A stretch of DNA of 60,761 bases, the filler included, from Squatina squatina (lineage: Eukaryota), in NCBI GenBank assembly GCA_031763465.1. It is 4 parts of 4 records of this genome, joined end to end, with 100 filler letters (N's around TTAATTAATTAA, not from the genome) between each part and the next. Parts side by side here need not be neighbours in the genome. Positions count along the whole stretch, not along the records: positions 1 to 16,460 come from JARFOE010000080.1; positions 16,561 to 32,166 come from JARFOE010000192.1; 2 more parts are not named here. The stretch is one strand, 5' to 3'. Shown here one piece after another: positions 11,981 to 21,940 of the stretch (its first letter is position 1; each line of letters opens with the position of its first letter). A program made the translations under genes and the position numbers. Under the pieces are notes generated by a model that was given only the letters and a program-made list of their open reading frames with translations, had not been told where the DNA came from and did not search any database.

Positions 11981-12989
11981 GCCTTCATTCACTAACCATG
12001 CTCTTACAAGCACCCAACAGCACTCCCTACACATTTAAAAATCTTTTCACATCTATTGCACCACTTCAATAAAATTGAAAAAAAACCCAGGCCAAAATCT
12101 TAAATCCAAACTTACCTGAACGATATATGTGTCCCTTTAAGAGGTGCAAACATTGCCACTGACAGCCTGGTATTGAAGTTCGTGCTTATGACGTAAAGTC
12201 GGCATTGCACGTCAATTGATGTCACACCGCCTCGATTTTGTTGGGGATGGCGCTGCCAGTTACCAGCAGCAGGACCCGTCACCAGCTAGCGCAAGAGCGG
12301 TGGCCGCTGTTTTAGCGGCATTTAATGGCACCATGGAGAGGTGCTAATGCCACAAATTTCTCGCCCATAGATTCTTTTCTATGATTCAGTTTGATATGTG
12401 GAATAGGGAGTAAAATTGTATGTTACCAATAAAACTAAAAGAATTGCATGCAGTCTGTGCAATGTATAAAAGAGAAAATCCAAACAGAACTTTCATATGC
12501 TAAGCATTAGCCGTTACAATGACATTTGGAAACAGGGTAGCTTGGTAGACAACCACTAGTTATACAGCTTGTTGTTTCTGATGGATGGCATAATTTGTGC
12601 TGCCATTTGTTTAAATCACTGTTTTATTTATTGTACTTACAAATGATGGAAGGCAACACACTAATTCTAACAGTGAATCTATGTGCAGCTTTTGCCTCTG
12701 TGTGGTAGTTTGGAGCTATTGCATTTTACATAAAGACTATCTGGAATAACTAAATAGTGTAGACACCACTCGGTGTAATAGGCCTTTTTTTCCTCCAGTT
12801 ATTTCCCCTTTACATGTCTCCTCTTCAAAGAGATTGACTCCTGGTGAGATACAGGTCCAAAAGCGTGGCCGGTTTTCTGGTAGCCATTCTTCATATATGA
12901 GCCTATAATGGTATGGGCTGTAAATCTGCTTTCGCAGAGGAGCTGATGAGAATCAGTAAATAGACAAAGATTGATCTGAATGATAGTGG

Positions 12990-13377
12990 TGAATATTACC
13001 CCCCAAAAACAGGTGGGTTTGGGGCGTGTGTAAAGTTATAATTTAAAAAATTTCAAGCCCAATCCCAGACCACCTTGAACCGCCCACTTCTGGCTTTAAA
13101 GGAGGCTGAACGTGGCGGTGGGGCGGGTGACCAGTCCACTCTCAGGAGGCGGGTTAGTTGTTGAAACCTTTTAAGGAGGCTGTGTGCCTTCATTTTAAAA
13201 AGGTTTGTTTTTTTAACCTATGTCGGCTGAGTTTCCCGAACTGCAGGTAAACCGGCAGGTAAAAGGAGGCAAGAAGGACCGGATCCATAAGATAAGTACC
13301 TTTACAGCACTGCTTGTGGGCCAGAAGGAGCAGGAGTGTTTCCTCCTGACCCAACAGGCTAACTCTCTAAAACTACA
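12990..13377 (+). mobile_element. Non-autonomous Harbinger-like DNA transposon (same family as 54770-55480)
   Basis: Shares ccccaaaaa..ggtgggtttggg...ccactc.caggaggcg...gaggctgtg with 54776-54970. Confidence 0.65.
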
Positions 13378-13889
13378 NNNNNNNNNNNNNNNNNNNNNNN
13401 NNNNNNNNNNNNNNNNNNNNNNNNNNNNNNNNNNNNNNNNNNNNNNNNNNNNNNNNNNNNNNNNNNNNNNNNNNNNNTATATTGCTAACAGTTGTTCAAT
13501 AAACTAACTGTACCCTGGTAACATAAAATAAAAGCCATCATAATAACATACTATCCACTTGACTATCCCTTTTAGACTAATCTAGTAATTATTTTACTAG
13601 TTTGTCCTTTTGCTGCTGTAAATACTATAAATCAGAAGTCTTAGCACAAATGAAATCCACCCACCTGGGTGATATTTATGGGGATATTAGTATTTACATT
13701 TTCTGCCATTTCTTTAAATATTTAAGAAGATTAAAGGAGCTTTCTCCTCTCAAGCTATTTGATGTAGTTTTTGGCTTTTTTCATTTTTACACTATTGATT
13801 TATTTTGTTTAAAGTCTTGGGTGAATTTTGTGCTCATTACAGTGAAACATATTAATGCTGGGGAATGTGATATTTTTCTTCATTGAATG

Positions 13890-14033
13890 TTGGCATTAAG
13901 TACTCCCAGGACAGGTATAGCAGTATTAAATACGGACAAAATCTCGCTTTACTCTTTCCCATCAATGTTCCAAAGTTCCAATCTTAGAATAACACTCCGA
14001 CCTGCATCATCATGTCACTTTTCCACTTCTCAT
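13890..14033 (-). mobile_element. Old SINE fragment, possibly LF-SINE-related 3' part; second copy at about 29685-29880
   Basis: Both copies share aag.actccca..acaggt.t.g.. This recalls the reverse complement of the LF-SINE 3' region. Confidence 0.35.
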
Positions 14034-14142
14034 NNNNNNNNNNNNNNNNNNNNNNNNNNNNNNNNNNNNNNNNNNNNNNNNNNNNNNNNNNNNNNNNNNN
14101 NNNNNNNNNNNNNNNNNNNNNNNNNNNNNNNNNAAACATTAC

Positions 14143-14346
14143 CTTTTCCATTTCTGCATTTTCCTGATACTGTCCTTTTCTACACCTTAACAGACTGATT
14201 AGCGATTTTTTAATTCTCAGCAGGAGATAGAAGATGGACTTCGGGCTCGGCACCAAGTTAAATGGCACTGCAAGTGTGCGTCCCTCTTCAAAATAGGAAA
14301 TCCATAGTTTGGCTCTGGAAAACTTCCATTCCACATCAGCATCATT
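14143..14346 (-). CDS. TRPC6: TRPC6 internal exon (TRP helix/TRP box; equivalent of human exon 9)
   Basis: 204-nt exon with ttttgtag acceptor and AAG|gtaatg donor. [47 protein letters not shown]...QENAEMEK closely matches human TRPC6 [43 protein letters not shown]...QEDAEMNK. Confidence 0.93.
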
Positions 14347-14617
14347 CTACAAAATCATGAAAATATGAGGTTAATAATAAAGGAATAGAAAAGCACGAGC
14401 ATCTAACTGTGTGGCCGTATACAGGTGTGTCTCATAGGCAATTTAAACGTAGAGACCTGAGACCAAGAAGTTTCCACTGACCAGTTTTGTGTAGTTTCCA
14501 GCCCACAAAAATGGACTTTAATATTGCTATTAAGGCATTTCCTATTAAAGTGCAGAGTTAGCAGTCATGATTACAGTTTACTGTAACATCCAAAGTTACC
14601 ATGACTGGAGTCTCAAA

Positions 14618-14880
14618 GGGGTCAAAATTCAGTTTTTTTTTTTTACCCTGTTAACACCTCCAAGGGGCGCTAACAGGGCAAAAAAGTGAAATTCGGTGTG
14701 GCGAGGCGGTGACCTCGCCTGCCGGAAAATTCACCAGGGGGTTCCAGAGGCACAAAGGCCTCTGTTCCCTCTAAGCTGCCTGCAGGCGCACAGCCGTCTT
14801 AAAGATACCGCGCAGCCTACTCACAAGCTCTTAAATAACACGCATGTGAGGCCACTGTGCAAAAATTTACAGGTACTGCA
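14618..14880 (+). mobile_element. Harbinger-like MITE left end
   Basis: Starts ggggtcaaaattc. The same terminal motif recurs at 23643 and 29066 and, reversed, near 12360, 21935, 26810, 30815 and 57355. GC-rich body. Confidence 0.55.
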
Positions 14881-14926
14881 TGAAAGCTCACACTCTAGGC
14901 TCTCTGCAATACTTCTCTCCTTCCAG

Positions 14927-15098
14927 CCGTGCAAATATTACAACAAACGTAAATGCAAGGACAGGAACTGCATGTACCTGCACGTTTGCAAATATTACTT
15001 CAACGGAAACTGCAAATATGGGGAAAATTGTAGATTGAGCCACAGGATGAGTCCCAACACTGAATCCTCCTCGTCATCGGATCAAGACACACCAAGAA
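14927..15098 (+). CDS. Exon (or pseudo-exon) encoding two tandem CCCH zinc fingers, PARP12/ZC3HAV1-like, antisense within a TRPC6 intron
   Basis: Strong acceptor ttctctccttccag followed by PCKYYNKRKCKDRNCMYLH-VCKYYFNGNCKYGENCRLSH (C-x7-C-x4-C-x3-H and C-x7-C-x5-C-x3-H) and a Ser-rich linker. Possible donor A|gtgagg at 15099, otherwise TAG at 15125. Confidence 0.72.
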
Positions 15099-15164
15099 GT
15101 GAGGTTCTGTTTATTGATGAAGAATAGGATGGTGGCTATCGAAACCATCAGCGGTGACTTTTGT

Positions 15165-15418
15165 AAAGATTCTCTCCTTGTTTTCAAATCCCTCCATGGC
15201 CTCACCCCTGCCTATCTTTGTAATCTCCTCCAGTCCTACAGCTCTCCGAGATCTCTGCGCTCCTCCAATTCTGGCCTCTTGCACATCCCCGATTATCGTT
15301 GCTCCACCATTGGCAGCCGTACCTTCAGCTGCCGGGGCCCTAAGCTCTGGAATTCTGCCCCTAAACCTCTCAGCCCTCTACCTCTCTCTACCGTTCTTTA
15401 AGATACTCCTTAAAACCG
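15165..15418 (+). mobile_element. L2 LINE 3' fragment
   Basis: LLVFKSLHGLTPAYLCNLLQ...RSLRSS...FSCRGPKLWNS. Confidence 0.9.
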
Positions 15419-16088
15419 NNNNNNNNNNNNNNNNNNNNNNNNNNNNNNNNNNNNNNNNNNNNNNNNNNNNNNNNNNNNNNNNNNNNNNNNNNNNNNNNNN
15501 NNNNNNNNNNNNNNNNNNAACAGAACAGCTCAAGTAGTACAGGCAATGAATTTGCACAATATATTCGGGACTGCTTTCTAGAACAATCTGTTTCAGAAAT
15601 GACAAGCAAACAGGCCACACCAAATTTAGTGATGAGTAATGAACCAGAATTAGTTAACAATCTGATGGCAAGGGATCTTTTGCAAATATTGACTACAATA
15701 TTTGATATTAGGTTGAGAGGGAGAAGACAAAGTCACAAATCAAGGTTTTAAATTGAGGGAAACTTTGAAGGAATGAGAAATAACTTACTTAACAGATTAA
15801 AATAAATAGGCTAACACCACTAGTAAAATTGCAGAGAAAAATTTTTTGATTAAGCATACTAATCATATCATTTATACTACAGAAGGAGATTATTCAGCCC
15901 ATTGTGCCTGTGCCCATGGTAACCCTTCAAAGTTGTGTCTGGTTGATGATCTAGCATCAGCATTAAATTTGCATATTAAAATGTTAGTATTCCACAACAT
16001 AATTTCAAAGCCATTATATTTAGATTTTTCACTACAGCATCCAACGATGGTCTTTTTTTTTACCATTAACAATAAATTTAAAGCATTA

Positions 16089-16358
<270 letters not shown>

Positions 16359-16504
16359 TCAAAACATACGCTTCTTAGAAATTTCAATTAAAATAACCCA
16401 GCATCCCATTTGGGAGAGAAATTTCCAAATTTTCACCAATCTTTGTGAGAAAAAATGGTTNNNNNNNNNNNNNNNNNNNNNNNNNNNNNNNNNNNNNNNN
16501 NNNN

Positions 16505-16516
16505 TTAATTAATTAA
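16505..16516. other. Assembly linker TTAATTAATTAA inside N gap (also 32211-32222 and 45239-45250)
   Basis: Identical 12-mer with stops in all six frames, centred in a 100-nt gap three times. Confidence 0.9.
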
Positions 16517-17126
16517 NNNNNNNNNNNNNNNNNNNNNNNNNNNNNNNNNNNNNNNNNNNNAGCTTACTTACAGTTTTGTCAGATTTTCTGTCTTGAATGC
16601 AACTCAAGGATTTTTTTCTACTCTCAGAACGCTGCTTCGAATTAAATGCTGATAGAGGTGGGGATTAAGGTTGTTCTCTTGAAAGGTCAAAAGATGAATG
16701 AATTCTGGCAGTCTCAATTCAGCTTACATTAGATACAAATTCTGCAGCTTTTGGGAGCTATTAGTCCTTAAGTCAATCAATGTTTCAGTTCCCTGTAAAA
16801 CACTGTTCCCTATTGTTTATCCTACCCGTATAATGTCAATCAATCACTCTGAGACAGGAAAGACAGCTCTCTGCTACTCAAAGGGATTAGCTCAAAAGAA
16901 TTTATCCCAGATTAGGAACGTACCGTGTGGGAATAGAAAACATTAGCTATGAAAGGATATTCCCCCACCACACTACCCTAGTACATTTTAGCAAACAGTG
17001 AATCTGCTGGCTAATTTGAAAATAGGTTTGGGGAATTCGGAAGAGTCTGAATAGGAACTTGGCTTCTATGAGTATTGAAGTACCAACCAGAGGAAATCTC
17101 CATCACTGCATTTACCAGGTTGACCA

Positions 17127-17144
17127 CAGCGCCCCCTGATGCCA
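17127..17144 (-). promoter_or_regulatory. Candidate CTCF site
   Basis: Minus strand TGGCATCAGGGGGCGCTG is a near-match to the CTCF core CCACCAGGGGGCGCT. Confidence 0.35.
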
Positions 17145-17457
17145 CGTCTGTATTTCTGACACAGGTGTTAGATGCCACTGCACTTTTGACCTGACCTGCA
17201 ACCAAGGGCCAACATCTGCACCTCTATCATCCTTAGCTGCCTCTCCCTTTTCTATCCCCATCCACTTATGTATGCACGCACACACACACTCCCCCAATGT
17301 GTCCTTGGGTTGTAACTTTCTGAGTTTTAAATTCCCACTGTCTCACCTATATNNNNNNNNNNNNNNNNNNNNNNNNNNNNNNNNNNNNNNNNNNNNNNNN
17401 NNNNNNNNNNNNNNNNNNNNNNNNNNNNNNNNNNNNNNNNNNNNNNNNNNNNAGTGA

Positions 17458-17520
17458 GGATGTGGTTATAATGTGGATGCTGTGGTTATAATGTTGATGA
17501 TGTGGTTATAATGTGGATGC
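17458..17520. repeat. Short 20-bp tandem repeat (gatgtggttataatgtggat), about 3 copies
   Basis: tgtggttataatgt occurs three times at 20-bp period. Confidence 0.85.
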
Positions 17521-18807
17521 ACCCTAACACAGTTTCCATCTGCTGCAGAAGGTAATAAAAGCAAATTAGAGCAGAATGCTGAGGCAGGGGCAATTACTGT
17601 AAGGCAATCTGCTGTAAAATGGAGTTGTATTTTCTGCAGTTGCCTGCTCTCTGAACTCAAGTGTCGAGCCTGCATTGCGCACAGTGTATTGAAGTCTAAT
17701 CTCAAAGAGAAGGACCATTGTTTTCTCTCTTGAATCTGGGTAATCCTGTAAGGGCTTTTGGAAGTTAATTACTGTACTTGTTCAGCTGCAGTGAGGGTTT
17801 GCAGAATGTGATGATGGAGAGCAATTTGCTCACAAAAATGCCCATTGACCAGAAAATGTCATGTGGTTGGCAGGCGAAGCCTGAGTACCATAGCACATTG
17901 TACCTCATCTGAGCATTTGGAACTCAGGTGAGAGGTTTCAATGGAGGTCATCAGTGAAATATTGAAGAATAAATGCTGGAATATCTAACTCATACTTTGT
18001 TTCAGTCCTTTCCAGTCTAATCATCGTAAAGTTCCATTATAGATCATCACAGAGCCCTTAACCAACCAGGAGTGCCACTTGCTGAAATCAAAAGATATTT
18101 GCAACCAGCAGAGAGAAGCATAGAGTGTGCACTCTCAGCCAGAGGTTGCTCTNNNNNNNNNNNNNNNNNNNNNNNNNNNNNNNNNNNNNNNNNNNNNNNN
18201 NNNNNNNNNNNNNNNNNNNNNNNNNNNNNNNNNNNNNNNNNNNNNNNNNNNNAAACTGTCTGCTAGGGACTACATATTTGGCATCATTGTAAAACACTAT
18301 AACTTTGCTTATTTACAGCTTTAAGTGTTGGTCATTCTCCTAGCATATGTGGGAAAACAGAAAGGACTCCTAAACATTTAACCTACAAAAAATGTTCCTG
18401 CTTTTGTGGGCGGGAGCAAAAGCAGCACCATATTCCATTTTTTTTTGGTGTGGGAATACTTGGAAAACTGCAGGTACGGTGGAGTTACAGTCAATACTTT
18501 TATTCAGAATTGCAATTGATAAGCTTATCTCGGGTGACGTTGCCACTGGTAGCCTGGGGTCTGCAGTATGATGGTGATGTTTACCTACATCAAGGAGGGA
18601 GCTGTGGTTAATATTACCTGCCTCTTTTAAGGCCACTCAAGTACCCTCGTTGGGAAGTGGGTCAAAATAGGCACATCCCAACACTAAGTAGAGGCACGGG
18701 AGTTGCAATCTTGTTCCGCACCTCTGGGTTAGGAAAGGGAACATCAGCTGAGGAAGGATCATGGTTGGAGATGCTTGTATGTGAGAATTGGGTGAGAATT
18801 TGACTGA

Positions 18808-19006
18808 ATCATAGAACTTTACAGCACAGAAGGAGACCATTCGGCCCATCGTGTCAGTTGACCAAAAAGAGCCATCCAGCCTAATCCCACTATCCAGCTC
18901 TTGGTCTGTAGCCATGTAGGTTATGGCACTGAAGTGCATATCCAAGTACTTTTTAAATGCGATGAGGTTTTCTGCCTCTACCACCCTTTCAGGCAGTGAG
19001 TTCCAG
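18808..19006 (-). mobile_element. CR1 LINE 3' end
   Basis: WNSLPERVVEAENLIAFKKYLD followed by the gggccgaatgg 3' UTR and tail. Confidence 0.85.
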
Positions 19007-19089
19007 ACCAGACCCCCACCGTCTCTCTGCTCTGGTGTGTTTGTCTTTCCTTTTTCTTTGAACACTTGTTTATTCATTATAAAAATATT

Positions 19090-19295
19090 GGACAAGGTGG
19101 GGGGAGGGGTGGGGAAAGGCTGTTGGCTGATGTGAAAAATCATCCAATCTGGTAATAAAGATTCTATTCACTGTCCGATTGGCATAGGATGATGGACAGG
19201 TCAGGTGGCCAAAACTGGAGTGTGGGGACACGGCAGGGGAAGGCAGGAGGTCAAGAAACCTCCAAGAATATATCCAATCAGAGTTGGCAACCCTA
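19090..19295. mobile_element. Probable hAT-type MITE remnant
   Basis: Ends gagttggcaacccta, the reverse complement of a TAGGGTTGCCA-type terminal inverted repeat. Confidence 0.35.
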
Positions 19296-20149
19296 TGTCC
19301 ACATGTCATTTTGTTTTTCATATGTGTACAAGATATATTTCTACCTTATTTGCCTTCTTGAAACTTGATAATACATCGGAGTGAGGAAGCCTTTAATAAT
19401 TAACAGTTTGTGTGTGAGGCAGTGAATATTATTATTGATACACAGGTAAGGCATGAATTACTGCAAAATGATAATAATGGAACATTACCTTTGGAAAAGT
19501 TATACCAAATAAAGCCTCTTCAGCACAAACAAATAGGTTGCATATAGTAATCTGAGGCAAATTACATTATACCTGTCATTGAAGAGAGATACACCATAGA
19601 AAGCAAATTCCACAGACAAAGTCACCTTGTCTCAATCCTCGCTGCTGTATGTTTAAAAGACAACACGAGCACTTAATGCTAGTGTCCCCACAACATAAAT
19701 CACTGATTCTATATAAGTTATTGTGCAGCCATTTGAGAGGGGAATCTTTCAAAGCTGGGGTCTGTACAGGTTGGAGAGTGTAGAACCATGCTCCGTATTA
19801 TTGATTTGTACAATATGTTGCATAAACATGTAAATATGTCCAGGTGCATCTCATGGCAATGCATAGTCATACAGATAATTTTGCTAATTTATTCTTAATG
19901 TACTGTCTGCTCTCTTCATAGAACAAGGAGAAGCTAGCCATCCTTAAGCAACACCCAACCTGAATCAAATGCTGGCACAGATACAAGGGAAGTGCATAAC
20001 AATGTTCAGAAGGAATTACAAAGTGAGTCACTGAGCACTGTTAGTGAAAGGATTAGCAGTGCTGATAAGAAGCCAGTTGATGTCAGGTGCTGGTTTGACC
20101 TGCTGCATATCGCTCTTGAATCACAGGAGAAAAGAAACCTTAGTGGGTC

Positions 20150-20590
20150 TACTTTAGAACTGATTCTCTCGCCTCTTAAACAGAAGGTCATGAGCTCAAG
20201 TCCCACTCCAGATACTTGAGCACAAAATCCAGGCTAACACTTCAGATCAATGCAGAGGGAGAGTTGTGCTGTAGGAGGTGCCGTCTTTCAGGTGAGGCGT
20301 TAAACCCAGACCTTATCTATCTTCTCAGTTGGACGTAAAAGATCCTATGGCACTATTTCAAAGAAGAACAGGCAGGTTCTCCATAGTGTCCTACCCAATA
20401 TTTATCCCTCAACCAACTTACCTTGTCATTATCTCATGCATATTTGTGGGACCTTGCTGTATGCAAATTCCTTGCCGCGATTCCTATATTACAACAATGA
20501 CTACACTTCAAAAAGTACTTCATTGGTTGTAAAGTGCTTTGGAACATCCTGTGATCATGCAAGGTGCTATATAAATGCAAATCTTTCACG
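20150..20590 (+). mobile_element. Near full-length tRNA-derived Deu-domain SINE (SacSINE1/AmnSINE1-like)
   Basis: B-box-like gagctcaagtccc, Deu core gtctttcaggtgaggcgttaaacc...ggacgtaaaagatcctatggcactatttc...atatttatccctcaacc, and L2-type tail gtgctatataaatgcaa. Confidence 0.8.
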
Positions 20591-21028
20591 TTTTTTTTTA
20601 GCCCCGCTCCCTATCCTTCAACCAATATCTTATCCTTCCCCATTAAGTTGATGCCTCAAGGCTTAACCGATAGTTTTTTGTGCTTGTTGGAAGTTAATGT
20701 ACACCAGGTGGCAGGGCTTTTTGGCCTCCATTTGGGGCATAATTTCATGAAGAAGGGTAACGATGTATTTCTGACCCTTAAGATATGTGGTACCAGTTAA
20801 CCAAAATGATATGTTTTGTTCCAGCAACAGATGACCAAGAAATAATCTGCACACCACTTATTATAAAGTGTTATTTTACATAGTTCATGATCAAACCAAA
20901 AAAATTTGTAATTTTGTAATGTTGTTTGNNNNNNNNNNNNNNNNNNNNNNNNNNNNNNNNNNNNNNNNNNNNNNNNNNNNNNNNNNNNNNNNNNNNNNNN
21001 NNNNNNNNNNNNNNNNNNNNNNNNNNNN

Positions 21029-21540
21029 TGGTTTGGGTAAAGAGTAGATACAGTCCTATTACACAGGGAAAGGAAAAGCATCCAAAGCTAGAGCTCCGTG
21101 GATGACTAAAGATATAGAGGTTAAAATGAAACAGAAAAAGGAGGCTATTGATGAATGTAAGGCTCATAATACAGTAGAGAGCCAGTCTGAATATAGAAAG
21201 TACAGAGGAGATCTAAAAAAGGGACTAAGTAGGGCAAAGAGAGAGTCTGAGAATAGATCAACGGCCAACATAAAAGGGAACCCAAAAGACTATTATAACA
21301 CACAAATAGTAAAAGGCAAGCCAAAGGAAGGGTGGGGCCGAAGGAGATCTTCTTGAGGCAGAGGGCATGGCTGAGTTACTAAATGAGTGCTTTGCATCAG
21401 TCTTCACTAGAGAAGAGGATGTTGCCAATGCAGCAGTAAAGGAGGAGGCAGTAGCAATATTGGATAGGATAAAAATAAAGAAGGTACTTAAAAGATTGGC
21501 AGTGCTCAAAGTAGAAAAGTCCCTAAGTCCAGATGGGATG
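21029..21540 (+). mobile_element. CR1 LINE ORF2 fragment
   Basis: PWMTKDI...MAELLNECFASVFTRE...LKVEKSLSPDGM. Confidence 0.9.
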
Positions 21541-21640
21541 NNNNNNNNNNNNNNNNNNNNNNNNNNNNNNNNNNNNNNNNNNNNNNNNNNNNNNNNNNNN
21601 NNNNNNNNNNNNNNNNNNNNNNNNNNNNNNNNNNNNNNNN

Positions 21641-21940
21641 TGGCTGGCAGCTTCAGGCCCCGGGAGGCTGTATATGCATCGCCGCCCGGTGACCTCATGT
21701 CCCCATGGGTCAATTTCATCCACGGAGTGCAAAGGGGTCACCATGGGGCGGTGATGGATCGGTGCGCATGTTGATAGCGTTGCGCGCCAGCCTGGGGCGA
21801 TAATCACGAGATGTGGCAAAAAGGGGCGAGCACCTCTGCGACCTCCCGAGCAATTTCCCAGGGGGAGATCTACCCCCCGCCCCGGGCAAACCGTTTATCG
21901 CCTCATTAGTGCCCCTTTAGCGCGGCTAAAGAAATGGCCC
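21641..21940. mobile_element. Harbinger-like MITE right end
   Basis: GC-rich body ending aaatggccc, with internal motifs shared with the 14618-14880 element. Confidence 0.5.

Noticed and set aside
4097-14143. PGR and TRPC6 only about 10 kb apart, with most TRPC6 exons missing
   Set aside because: The 100-N gaps have unknown size, so compaction or gene loss cannot be inferred from this fragmented scaffold.
16505-16516. TTAATTAATTAA palindrome occurring three times inside N runs
   Set aside because: It is a scaffolding linker with six-frame stops, not biological sequence.
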